Source: Candidatus Omnitrophota bacterium
Lineage (GTDB): Bacteria > Omnitrophota > Gorgyraeia > Zapsychrales > Zapsychraceae
Reading direction: 5' to 3'
DNA length: 64,000 nt
Assembly (NCBI GenBank): GCA_021108075.1
Contig: JAIORP010000171.1
Span: 68,041-132,040 of the forward strand
The notes under the pieces are model-generated. The model was not told where the DNA came from. It made no database searches and saw only the letters and a list, made by a program, of their open reading frames with translations. Below, one piece after another: positions 19,626 to 29,155 of the stretch; position 1 is the stretch's first letter, and every line of letters starts with the position of its first letter. Position numbers and translations under genes: made by a program.

Positions 19626-20834
19626 TTAAGAGATAACCGTCATGATGCTTAAGATCGGCATAAAAAGTGCGATAACGATAAAACCGATGACAATACCTAA
19701 AACACCAATGATCAAAGGCTCAATGATACTCGTCAATCCTTCAACAGCAGCATCGACCTGGTCATCATAAAATTCAGCGATTTTTAACAACATTTTCTCT
19801 AATTGCCCGGACTTCTCCCCGATAGCAATCATGCGGGTCACCATGGGCGGGAACACCGTGCTTTTAATTAAAGGGGTTGCTAAACTTTCCCCTTCACGGA
19901 CGGAGTTTTTCACTTCATCAATAACTAATTCCAGGACACGATTTCCACTCGTCTTACCAACGATGTCTAAAGATTCCAGGATCGGAACCCCGCTTTGAAT
20001 TAAAGTGGATAATGTGCGGCTAAAACGGCTTATGGCCACCTTTCGAAACAGTTCTCCGAAGATCGGCATCCTGAGAATGAAATGATCTATCGCGAGCCTT
20101 CCTTTGTCTGTTTTGTATAGCCGTTTCATTAAAAAAACAAATGCGACAAGTGCCGCGATAACATACAACAAATAATGTTTCAAAACATTGCTGATGTTAA
20201 TTAAAAGTTGCGTCATCGCCGGAAGGTCTTTGTCGAAGGAATCATAAATACCAGCAAATGTTGGAACAACCTTAACCAACAAGACAACCGTGATGATAAG
20301 GGCCATGGAAACGACAACAGCTGGATAAATCATGGCGGATTTAACCTTGCGGACCAATTTTAATGTTTTTTCTAAATAACCGGAGATCCGATCCAACACA
20401 GCACTTAAGACCCCACCTGTTTCTCCGACTTTGACCATATTGACGAACAATGGATCAAAGACCGTTGGATGCTTAGAAAACGCCGCCGACAAACTGCTTC
20501 CATGTTGAATATCATCCCGCACCGTTGTTAAAACTTTTGAGAAATACGGATGTGATGTTTGGTCTTTCAGCGCATCCAGACCCTGCAAAATAGGAATCCC
20601 CGCTTCCACCATCGTCGCTAATTGCCGTGAGAAGATAACGATTTCATCGGCCTTAACTTTTTTTCTTTGAAAAAAAGATTTTCCTAAAGAAGATTCTTTG
20701 ACTTCTGTGACAGAAATAATTGTTAATTTTCTTTTTCTTAATGTGTCCAGGACAGCGGCCTTATTCTCGGCGGATATCTTACCCGTAACATTCCGGGCGC
20801 TTTCATCTTTGGCTACATATTTAAAGGTTCCCAT
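19626..20834 (-). CDS. pilC: type IV pilus platform protein PilC (GspF family)
   Basis: Two T2SS-F repeats and three TM segments; conserved GspF-domain sequence. Confidence 0.85.
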   Translation of the reverse strand: MGTFKYVAKDESARNVTGKISAENKAAVLDTLRKRKLTIISVTEVKESSLGKSFFQRKKVKADEIVIFSRQLATMVEAGIPILQGLDALKDQTSHPYFSKVLTTVRDDIQHGSSLSAAFSKHPTVFDPLFVNMVKVGETGGVLSAVLDRISGYLEKTLKLVRKVKSAMIYPAVVVSMALIITVVLLVKVVPTFAGIYDSFDKDLPAMTQLLINISNVLKHYLLYVIAALVAFVFLMKRLYKTDKGRLAIDHFILRMPIFGELFRKVAISRFSRTLSTLIQSGVPILESLDIVGKTSGNRVLELVIDEVKNSVREGESLATPLIKSTVFPPMVTRMIAIGEKSGQLEKMLLKIAEFYDDQVDAAVEGLTSIIEPLIIGVLGIVIGFIVIALFMPILSIMTVIS

Positions 20835-20893
20835 ATTATTCTTCTTACCCTTAAAAAATGTTAATAAAAAATTATTTCGTTTAGCAGATAAAA

Positions 20894-21346
20894 TCAGGCA
20901 TAACTACGTTCAATAGCACGTGTGATTTCACTCTTGGTGGAAATAAAAGCGGCAATCTGGCATTGGGTACAATCTTTAAATTCATTTTTTATAGAGCCAT
21001 CCATCGGATTGGCCATAACAATACTGATAATGTTTCCTTCCCTGGCAAAAGGCAACGCGCAGTATTCTAAGGCTTTATCTTTTGACACAAGACCAACAAT
21101 ACTCGGATCAATGGCCAATTTATCAACCGCGATATAGGGAAATTTTTTCTGTTCAATCAAAGCACAGACGACATCTTTCTCAGCGACATAACCCAGTCCT
21201 GTTAAAACTTCTCCAATAAATTGCTTGGATTCCTTTTGGATCAAAAGAGCATGCCGTAACTGTCGCTTGGCCAAGATGTTGCGGCCAACCAGAATTTCAC
21301 CTAACCGTTTATTTCTAGAGTTGCCAAATTGTACTGATTGCATCAT
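20894..21346 (-). CDS. stand-alone MshEN/GspE-N-terminal domain protein (putative c-di-GMP receptor)
   Basis: 150 aa. N-terminal RLGEILVGRNILAKRQLRHALLIQ fits the 24-residue MshEN c-di-GMP motif RLGxx(L/V/I)(L/V/I)xxG(L/V/I)(L/V/I)xxxxLxxxLxxQ with one mismatch. It has T2SSE_N-like secondary composition and no ATPase domain. Confidence 0.6.
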   Translation of the reverse strand: MMQSVQFGNSRNKRLGEILVGRNILAKRQLRHALLIQKESKQFIGEVLTGLGYVAEKDVVCALIEQKKFPYIAVDKLAIDPSIVGLVSKDKALEYCALPFAREGNIISIVMANPMDGSIKNEFKDCTQCQIAAFISTKSEITRAIERSYA

Positions 21347-21547
21347 GATAACCTTCTATGTTGGATATATTCTAACCCAGAAGAGCTCTTTCGCAAAGGA
21401 TGAACTGATATTTGTTTTTTACTTCCTATTGTTACAAACATATTTTAAAAATCCTCCTGAGCAACACTAATACTACTTTCAATTAAAGCATTTTTTTGCT
21501 TATTATGCAAAAAAACTTCTATCTGTCTAACGGAAAAACAAACGATA

Positions 21548-23296
21548 TTAGTCTTTTGAGGTTACCCTGAGAACCTCTTCCAGGGAGGTAACACCAGCAT
21601 AGGCCTTGTCCCAAACATCATCCCACAATGTATCCATCCCATTTGTTTTGCGGGCATACATCTTAATCGCGTCCGAGGATTCTCCTTTCAGCAACATCTC
21701 ACGAATGGGATCATCGACCACAAGCACCTCGGTGATTGATGTCCGCCCCAGGTAGCCCGTTTGCCGGCACATTTCACAACCTTTACCATAATAAAAGACA
21801 GCCCCCGGGCGGGGTGTCATCTTCAGTTCTTCAAACAAATCTCCAGGCGACTCCAGTGGTTCCTTGCAATTCGGACAAATCTTTCGGCACAACCGCTGGG
21901 CAGTGACTAAAATAATACTCGAAGCGACCAGAAAAGGCTCGACCCCCATATCAACCAAACGCGTCAAAGCACCGGAGGCGTCATTGGTGTGCAATGTGGA
22001 TAAAACAAGCTGCCCTGTCAAGGAAGCCTTGATCGAGATATCAGCTGTTTCGTTATCCCGAATTTCACCGACCATCACGATGTCGGGACTCTGACGTAAA
22101 ATAGCCCTTAAGCCTTCGGAAAAAGTGTAACCGATTTCCGCTTTCGTCTGGATTTGAGTCAGGCCGTCGACTAAATATTCGACCGGATCTTCAACCGTTA
22201 CAACGTTCTTGTCCGGGGTGTTCAGATCATTCAAAATGGAATACAACGTGGTTGACTTCCCGCTGCCTGTCGGACCGGTGACAAGGATCATGCCGAACGG
22301 CTTGTGGATACATTCATTGATCCATTTATAAGACTTCTCAGATATTCCCAGGCCCTCCAGACCAACCGACAGATTACCCTTATCAAGAATGCGCAGGACA
22401 ACTTTCTGGCCAAATGTGGTCGGCAGCAGCGAGACCCGAAAGTCAACTTCACGGTTAGCAATCTGCAACTTAAAGCGTCCGTCCTGTGGAACTTGATTCG
22501 CCGTAATATCTAAACGTGACATAATTTTAATACGGACCGTCACGGCATTTTGATTTTCTTTAGGGATTGTTAATATATCCAGCAAAGACCCGTCGATGCG
22601 ATAGCGCACGCGCATACAATCTACCATGGGTTCAATATGGATATCCGACGTCCGCTGCCGCAAAGCTTCTTTGATAATCAAATTCACCATTCGAATAATA
22701 GGGGCTTTTTCCCCTTCATCCGCTTTCGTGTCATCTCCGGTGACTTCGTCTTTCTCTGAAACAATTTCGAAATCTCCAAGCTGAATGTCTTTCGTGAGCT
22801 CGTTCACACTAGCCCTGTTTTCGGTACCATAAAAAACATCTAATGCTTTTATAATATCACTGGTCGGGCTCATAACCAGATCGACATCCCTTCCGGTAAT
22901 ATTTTTCAAATCATCGACCAAGAAAATGTTTAACGGATCGGATGTTGCAATTGTAATGGTATATTGAAGGGCCGATAACGGAATAATTTGATACTGCCGG
23001 GCGACTCTCGCAGATATAACCTCCTGCAAGGACGGATCAATTTTATATTTATTGAGGTTGATGAACGGAATGTTCAACTCCTGGACCAAAAAAGATAAGA
23101 CGTCCTCTTCTTTAATAGCTCCGCTTTCAATCAAGGCTTTATCCAGACCGATGTTCTTCCTCTTCTGTATGATCCTTGCCTTATCAACATCTTCTTTCTT
23201 GATCTGCATAGCATTGATCAGTTTATCGACGACATTATCTCTTAAATATTGTGATGACATAAAATTATCTACATTTCGGTTTAAGGTTGAAATCAT
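21548..23296 (-). CDS. pilB: type IV pilus assembly ATPase PilB/GspE family (paralog 1)
   Basis: N-terminal GspE-N domain, Walker A GPTGSGKSTT, Asp box and His box, and a tetracysteine motif (CRKICPNC...CEMC). Confidence 0.85.
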   Translation of the reverse strand: MISTLNRNVDNFMSSQYLRDNVVDKLINAMQIKKEDVDKARIIQKRKNIGLDKALIESGAIKEEDVLSFLVQELNIPFINLNKYKIDPSLQEVISARVARQYQIIPLSALQYTITIATSDPLNIFLVDDLKNITGRDVDLVMSPTSDIIKALDVFYGTENRASVNELTKDIQLGDFEIVSEKDEVTGDDTKADEGEKAPIIRMVNLIIKEALRQRTSDIHIEPMVDCMRVRYRIDGSLLDILTIPKENQNAVTVRIKIMSRLDITANQVPQDGRFKLQIANREVDFRVSLLPTTFGQKVVLRILDKGNLSVGLEGLGISEKSYKWINECIHKPFGMILVTGPTGSGKSTTLYSILNDLNTPDKNVVTVEDPVEYLVDGLTQIQTKAEIGYTFSEGLRAILRQSPDIVMVGEIRDNETADISIKASLTGQLVLSTLHTNDASGALTRLVDMGVEPFLVASSIILVTAQRLCRKICPNCKEPLESPGDLFEELKMTPRPGAVFYYGKGCEMCRQTGYLGRTSITEVLVVDDPIREMLLKGESSDAIKMYARKTNGMDTLWDDVWDKAYAGVTSLEEVLRVTSKD

Positions 23297-23343
23297 TTAT
23301 AATCATATCTCAATCTTATTGACTAAAAATAAAAGTCCGGTCA

Positions 23344-25092
23344 TTACTGTTCCGAGCCATCTGGAGCAGTGATCCGCAAAACCTCTTCTAAGGTCGTTAA
23401 TCCCTGATAGGCCTTGATCAAACCATCTGCCCGCATGGTTGTCATGCCTTCCTTCTGGGCCTGAGCCTTAATCAGCATTTCACTTTCTCTGGCGAGTATC
23501 ATTTCTTTCACTTTTGTGGTTAACAACAGAATCTCCGTGATACCGACCCGGCCTTTATACCCTGTGTTGAAGCAGGCCTTGCATCCCTTTCCGCGGCTCA
23601 GCTCAATATCGCCGTGCGGATATATACTCCGCAGACCAACCCGCCTGGCAACTGCCTCTTGCAGGATATACGTCTCTTTACATTTCGCACAAATCCTCCT
23701 CAATAATCTTTGGGCAATGATCACTAAGACGGAGGAACAAATCAGAAACGGCTCAATCCCCATATTCTCCATTCGAACGATCGATCCCGCCGCTGTCGTC
23801 GTATGCAAAGAACTTAAAACAAGGTGACCGGTTAAGGCCGCTTTTACGGCAATGTCTAATGTGGTGGCATCCCGAATCTCTCCGATCATGATAATATCCG
23901 GATCCTGCCTTAAAATGGACCGCAGGGCCCCGGGGAAAGTCAAGCCCAAAGCTGGTTTTATGTTGACCTGGTTGATACCTTTCATTTGATACTCGACCGG
24001 GTCTTCAACCGTAACAATATTTTTTTCAGGTGAATCAACAAAATTCAATATGGAATAAAGCGTTGTGGTCTTCCCGCTGCCCGTCGGCCCGCATGTCAGG
24101 ATAAGACCATGAGGTTTGATCGAAGCATCCTTTAACCTTCTTAATGAATCCGGTTCGAAACCCAACTTCTCAACATCCAAAACAGCTCCGCTCTGGTCTA
24201 ATATACGCAGACAAACTTTCTCCCCAATGATCGTCGGCAACACATTAACACGAAAATCGACGGAGCGGCCACCCGACAATATCGTCTTAAACCGACCATC
24301 TTGCGGCAGGCGGTGTTCCGAGATATCCAAACTCGAGATAACTTTTATGCGAGAGACAATGGGCGGCAATAAAACCTTGGTCATGCGGTCAATCTCTCTA
24401 ATAATCCCGTCGATCCGGTAACGTACCCTCATAACTGTTTCTAGTGGCTCAATAAAAACGTCACTCGCCTTGGCCATTACGGCCTGTTGGATGATCGTGT
24501 CCGTCAATTTTATGATGGGTGCTTCCTCGGTAATTTCTTCAATCCCGCCCTGGTGCGAGGTGTGCTGCAAATCTTTGACAAGCTCCAAATCACCCGTGTC
24601 CTGAATATCTTTCATAATCGCGTTAAACGCTTCATGCGTGTCCTGAGGCGCTTCTTCCTCCTCAGCATAATACTTCTTAATCGTTTCAACGATATCTTTG
24701 GACTTACTGATAATCGGATTAATCGTATACCCCGTCAAGGCCTTAACATTATCAATCACAAAAATATTTAATGGATCGGCCATGGCCAGGGTTAAGTTTT
24801 CACCAATTAAAGAAATGGGAATAATTTGATATTTCACGGCAATATCTTTTGGAATGGCGGCAATGACGTCGGCATCAATCTTTAATCGGCTGATACTGAT
24901 TGGAGGGAATCCTAAGCCTTCGCTAAGCACTTGAGTCAGAACATCTTCATCAATTAAATTCATCTTGATTAAAATTTTACTTAACTCTCCACCATTATTT
25001 TCTTGTTCGGCTAAAGCTCGCTGAAGGTCTTCGTGTGATATGAAATTATCACGAATCAATATTTCTTGTAATATATTTTTTAATGAGGCCAT
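23344..25092 (-). CDS. type IV pilus assembly ATPase PilB/GspE family (paralog 2)
   Basis: N-terminal GspE-N domain, Walker A GPTGSGKTTT, and tetracysteine CAKCK...CKAC. Same 582-aa length as paralog 1. Confidence 0.85.
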   Translation of the reverse strand: MASLKNILQEILIRDNFISHEDLQRALAEQENNGGELSKILIKMNLIDEDVLTQVLSEGLGFPPISISRLKIDADVIAAIPKDIAVKYQIIPISLIGENLTLAMADPLNIFVIDNVKALTGYTINPIISKSKDIVETIKKYYAEEEEAPQDTHEAFNAIMKDIQDTGDLELVKDLQHTSHQGGIEEITEEAPIIKLTDTIIQQAVMAKASDVFIEPLETVMRVRYRIDGIIREIDRMTKVLLPPIVSRIKVISSLDISEHRLPQDGRFKTILSGGRSVDFRVNVLPTIIGEKVCLRILDQSGAVLDVEKLGFEPDSLRRLKDASIKPHGLILTCGPTGSGKTTTLYSILNFVDSPEKNIVTVEDPVEYQMKGINQVNIKPALGLTFPGALRSILRQDPDIIMIGEIRDATTLDIAVKAALTGHLVLSSLHTTTAAGSIVRMENMGIEPFLICSSVLVIIAQRLLRRICAKCKETYILQEAVARRVGLRSIYPHGDIELSRGKGCKACFNTGYKGRVGITEILLLTTKVKEMILARESEMLIKAQAQKEGMTTMRADGLIKAYQGLTTLEEVLRITAPDGSEQ

Positions 25093-25095
25093 GCT

Positions 25096-25542
25096 TTACG
25101 ATTGATAGTATTTCTCAATACATTGTTTGATATCGCTCGTTGTTGCGACAAAAACCTGGACCATACATTCCGTTAGCGCCTCAACGTCTTGCGCGGCCTG
25201 AAAATTCAGAGGATTTGCCATGGCAATAGTTAAACTCCTGCCTATTTTATCAATAGGAATGAGACAATATTTTAAACAAACTTCTTTGGGAACCGTTGAT
25301 GTGAGTTCCGCATCAATTTCATAACTCGCCAAGGGCAAATAAGGGAATCCGTATTGACAGGTTAATGCCTGCGCGATATCCTTCTCCGTTGCATATTTCA
25401 ATTCGACCAGAATCTCACCGATTAATCCCCCGTGTTTCTTTTGATACTCGATGGCATTATCTATCTGTTCTCTCGAAATGACGCCCCGCTCCAAAAGGAG
25501 TTCACCTAAAGGTTTAGTGGTTGTTTTCTTGAAATACTTCAT
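25096..25542 (-). CDS. stand-alone MshEN/GspE-N-terminal domain protein (putative c-di-GMP receptor)
   Basis: 148 aa. PLGELLLERGVISREQIDNAIEYQ matches the MshEN motif at the G10, hydrophobic and terminal Q positions. It is the first gene of the pilus ATPase operon. Confidence 0.6.
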   Translation of the reverse strand: MKYFKKTTTKPLGELLLERGVISREQIDNAIEYQKKHGGLIGEILVELKYATEKDIAQALTCQYGFPYLPLASYEIDAELTSTVPKEVCLKYCLIPIDKIGRSLTIAMANPLNFQAAQDVEALTECMVQVFVATTSDIKQCIEKYYQS

Positions 25543-25770
25543 ACGATCCTAATAAATTAAATATTTTAATAATAATATATATAATAGTTAATTAATTGTA
25601 CTATAGTTAAACTTTTGAAACAATTAAAAAGATTGCTTATATTTTGTCACAAAATGTAATTTTTCAATATATTTTTTATTTATTTTTATAAACCTCTATC
25701 CTTAGTCTAATCAAACACGAGTGGAAACCCCACGGGTAAACCTATGGTATGCTGCCCTTCGGGCTTAATA

Positions 25771-25794
25771 AAATTTCCTTGTTTTTGGAAATCC
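25771..25794 (-). terminator. weak hairpin plus U-tract downstream of rodA
   Basis: Minus-strand RNA forms AUUUCC-aaaaacaa-GGAAAU followed by UUUAUUA, then a GCCC-GAAG-GGGC hairpin. The stem is AT-rich, so this is tentative. Confidence 0.25.
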
Positions 25795-25806
25795 GCTTGT
25801 GCCTGG

Positions 25807-26913
25807 CTAAAGAACTGTCCTCTTCTTGCTGAGATTGATTAAAAAACCCATCATAATAATAAAGACCAAAAAAGAGGAGCGCCCATAACTCACCAACGGC
25901 AGAGTTAAACCGACAACAGGAAAAAGCCCGATGACCATCCCAATATTGATCACCACTTGCAATGTTAGAATAGAAACAATACCAACTGTTACCAGGACCC
26001 CGAACTTGTCCTTTATTTTTAAGGCGATTTTCAGGCCATTATGGATCAGCAAAAAATACAAGCAAACTAAAAAACATGTTCCGATCAAGCCCCATTCCTC
26101 CCCGATTACGGAAAAAATAAAGTCGGTATGCCTCTCAGGCAAAAAATTCAATTGATTCTGTGTGCCGGCCAACCATCCTTTGCCAAGCAGGCGGCCTGAC
26201 CCGATGGCAATCTTTGACTGAATAATCGTGTAACCAGCGCCAAGGGGGTCGATATTGGGATTCAAAAAAACCAACAAACGATCTTTTTGGTACGGTTTCA
26301 AGAATCTCCAGCCGATAGGGATAAAACTGACACATAGGATGATAAAACCAATAAAATACCGGTAGGCTGTTCCATGAGCAAAACATATGACCAAAAAAAT
26401 ACCAAACAATAGCAATGCCGTGCCAAGATCAGGCTGCTTAAAGATGAGAAACATCAATATTGTCGTTAGCATAAAGGGCAATAAAATATCCCTGAATATA
26501 ATTTGGGTGCGATTGATAAAACCAAAGGTTAAATTCGATTGTCGATTTGCATAATACCGCCCTAACAGTAAAATGACAGACAATTTTGTCAGCTCAGAGG
26601 GTTGGAAGCTAAGGGGTCCCACCTGAAGCCATCGCCTGGCGCCAAGCGCATGGCGGCCCCCGATCAAAACAATCAACAATAATAAAATATTTATGCCATA
26701 AAAAATATATGCGATATCATAAAAACGGCGATAATCAATGCGGCCGATGACATACATCAAAACAAGGCCCAGGATTGCCATGGCCAACTGATCCCAAAAG
26801 ACCTTCTGGGGAACGCGAACATTCTGGCAGGACGCGCTATACAACGCGAGCAGTCCCATAGCCATAATAAGACTCGTAAAAATCCAAATCCGTTTTGTCC
26901 GGTTTTTTTCCAT
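25807..26913 (-). CDS. rodA: SEDS-family peptidoglycan polymerase RodA
   Basis: 10-TM FtsW/RodA fold and its position after mrdA in the mreBCD-mrdA-rodA cluster. Confidence 0.85.
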   Translation of the reverse strand: MEKNRTKRIWIFTSLIMAMGLLALYSASCQNVRVPQKVFWDQLAMAILGLVLMYVIGRIDYRRFYDIAYIFYGINILLLLIVLIGGRHALGARRWLQVGPLSFQPSELTKLSVILLLGRYYANRQSNLTFGFINRTQIIFRDILLPFMLTTILMFLIFKQPDLGTALLLFGIFLVICFAHGTAYRYFIGFIILCVSFIPIGWRFLKPYQKDRLLVFLNPNIDPLGAGYTIIQSKIAIGSGRLLGKGWLAGTQNQLNFLPERHTDFIFSVIGEEWGLIGTCFLVCLYFLLIHNGLKIALKIKDKFGVLVTVGIVSILTLQVVINIGMVIGLFPVVGLTLPLVSYGRSSFLVFIIMMGFLINLSKKRTVL

Positions 26914-26919
26914 AATTTA

Positions 26920-26999
26920 TACCAAATCCATTAATAAATTGCTCTATCTTAATTCTGAAAAGCAGAATTAATTTTTGTCATTATTTGATGGAATTGGTA
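26920..26999 (+). mobile_element. MITE-like element, subtype A (80 bp), in the mrdA-rodA spacer
   Basis: TACCAAATCCATTAATAAAT...ATTATTTGATGGAATTGGTA flanked by TTA/TTA direct repeats. It ends 7 bp upstream of the rodA start codon. Confidence 0.8.
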
Positions 27000-27010
27000 T
27001 TATATAAACA

Positions 27011-28693
27011 TTATAACAATTTCATCGTTTTCATTCTGATCAACATCTCACGTGCAATCAAGTTCGCATTATGACTGGAACCCCCATGTTCCAAGAAGAC
27101 ACAAAAAACAATATCCCGTCCCCGCCCACTTGTATAACCGACAAACCAGGCGTGGTCTTCTTTATTCCCGGAAGTCTGCGCCGTTCCCGTCTTCCCGCTC
27201 ACGCGAATGTCAGATAAATGCAGTTCATGAGCTGTTCCGGAAAACTCTTTGACGGTCGCGCGCATCCCTTGTTTCACAGCATCAAATATTTCACTGGAAA
27301 TTTTCAGTTCACGAGAAAAATTAAAATCTTCAACATCATGATCCATAACGGACTTTAATACGTGCGGTTGCAAAATACGGCCTTCATTAGCCACGGTGGC
27401 CATCACATGAAGCAACTGCAAAGGGGTTGTCAGCAAGTCCCCCTGCCCGATCGAATAGTTCAGCGTGTCACCAGCATACCATCGTTTCCGACGGGAAAGA
27501 ATGCCCCGGTTGCGGTATGGGACATAACCGCTCTTTTCATACGGCAAGTCAATATGGGTCACCTGTCCTAATCCAAACAAGTGTGCGTATTGCCCAATAA
27601 TATCCGCGCCTAAAATAAGGCCGATGCGATAAAAATAAACATTACAGGAATGCCCAATGGCTTCAAACATATTCTGCGGCCCATGAACATGTGTGCATCG
27701 GAAATGACGATTACCGACTTCATGATATCCATTACAGATAAAAGTTGTATGCTTTGTTATTTTTTCCTTATCTAAAGCGGCAATCGCGACCAGTATTTTA
27801 AAGACAGAGCCCGGAGGATATAATCCCTGTATAACACGGTTGAGAAACGGTGACCGCGGATCTTTTGTCGTCCTTGTGTTGGGATCATAAGCCGGCGAAC
27901 TAACCATCCCTAAAATTTCCCCATTGGCCTTATCCATGATGACAATGGCTCCAGGGCGGCTATCCAGCAAAGATGTTAAAAGCTGCTGCAATTTGACATC
28001 AATCGTTAATGAGATATCCTGTCCTTTTTGAGGCGCTTTATAACTCAACAGGCGCACTTGTTGCCCGCGACTATTCACTTCCACCTGAATCCCGCCTTCT
28101 GATCCCTTCAGGAAGGAATTGTAATACTCTTCCGCCCCCAGCTTACCGACGACATGAAGGGGGGAATAACCGTATTCCTGAAACCGTTCCCTATCGGAAA
28201 GGTTGACTTTCCCGACAAAACCTAAAACATGAGCGCTGTCCTTGCCATAGGGATAAAGCCGTTTGAAGCCTTTCTGAATCATCATGCTTGGAAAACGATA
28301 TTTGTTCTCTTCAATAATGATCGCCTTTGCCCGGGGTATATTTTCAGCAACCGCGACCGGGGCGAAGGGCGCCGATTTGCGTTGACGATAACGTTTAATC
28401 AACTTCTCTTTATTCTTACCCAGCACATCACTGATGTATTGAAAGACCTGGTCGAAATCCGCGATATCTTGCGGAGTGACAACAACATCATAAGAAATTG
28501 TATTATCGGCCAGAACCATCCCGTTGCGGTCCTTAATACGTCCGCGCCAGCCTTCCAAGGGAACCACCCGTATACGATTATTCGTGCTCAATCGATAATA
28601 CAGATTCCCCTTGAAGATCTGCACATAAAACAAATCACCGAGAATAACGATAAACAGGATAATTATGACAACACGAATAATTTGGAGACGCAT
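27011..28693 (-). CDS. mrdA: penicillin-binding protein 2 (elongasome transpeptidase)
   Basis: PBP dimerisation domain plus transpeptidase motifs (SxxK: SVFK; SxN; KTG: KTGTA). Confidence 0.85.
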   Translation of the reverse strand: MRLQIIRVVIIILFIVILGDLFYVQIFKGNLYYRLSTNNRIRVVPLEGWRGRIKDRNGMVLADNTISYDVVVTPQDIADFDQVFQYISDVLGKNKEKLIKRYRQRKSAPFAPVAVAENIPRAKAIIIEENKYRFPSMMIQKGFKRLYPYGKDSAHVLGFVGKVNLSDRERFQEYGYSPLHVVGKLGAEEYYNSFLKGSEGGIQVEVNSRGQQVRLLSYKAPQKGQDISLTIDVKLQQLLTSLLDSRPGAIVIMDKANGEILGMVSSPAYDPNTRTTKDPRSPFLNRVIQGLYPPGSVFKILVAIAALDKEKITKHTTFICNGYHEVGNRHFRCTHVHGPQNMFEAIGHSCNVYFYRIGLILGADIIGQYAHLFGLGQVTHIDLPYEKSGYVPYRNRGILSRRKRWYAGDTLNYSIGQGDLLTTPLQLLHVMATVANEGRILQPHVLKSVMDHDVEDFNFSRELKISSEIFDAVKQGMRATVKEFSGTAHELHLSDIRVSGKTGTAQTSGNKEDHAWFVGYTSGRGRDIVFCVFLEHGGSSHNANLIAREMLIRMKTMKLL

Positions 28694-29154
28694 TTTTCTA
28701 ATTGTTTAAAGATAAATGGGGCTAAGAATAATGTTAGTAATAATTCGGGTACTAATATAAATCTGAATGCATCGACAAAACTGATGGCATCATTGGCTAA
28801 ATATATAAAATATTGGACAAAAAAATTCAGAATCACACAAATAAACACGACCAAAAGGCGTGAAGATGGGGATCCTCGACGATAAACATGCTTTATGATC
28901 AGAGTTAGAGCGTAGGAACAGATCAAAAATGAATAAAGATTAAATCCAAACATATCCGCGCTGAAAGAATCCTTAATAAGCCCCGCGACAATTGCCGCGA
29001 AAAGAGAGGTGTTCCTTCCCATGGCAAGGTGAACGAATATAATGATAAGCATTAAAATATTTGGCATCCATCGTTCATCAAAGCAGTTGAAAATAATGAA
29101 CTCCAAGACGTATCCAATAATAATAAAAATAAAAACAAAAAAGAATTTTTTCAT
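28663..29154 (-). CDS. mreD: rod shape-determining protein MreD
   Basis: Small polytopic membrane protein between mreC and mrdA. Confidence 0.6.
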   Translation of the reverse strand: MKKFFFVFIFIIIGYVLEFIIFNCFDERWMPNILMLIIIFVHLAMGRNTSLFAAIVAGLIKDSFSADMFGFNLYSFLICSYALTLIIKHVYRRGSPSSRLLVVFICVILNFFVQYFIYLANDAISFVDAFRFILVPELLLTLFLAPFIFKQLEKCVSKLFVLS

Positions 29155-29155
29155 A

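Noticed and set aside
25543-25770. Very AT-rich 230-bp region upstream of the pilus ATPase operon (minus strand), considered as a possible additional MITE or IS remnant
   Set aside because: It has no TIR similarity to the element family and no inverted-repeat structure; more likely an ordinary promoter/UP-element region.
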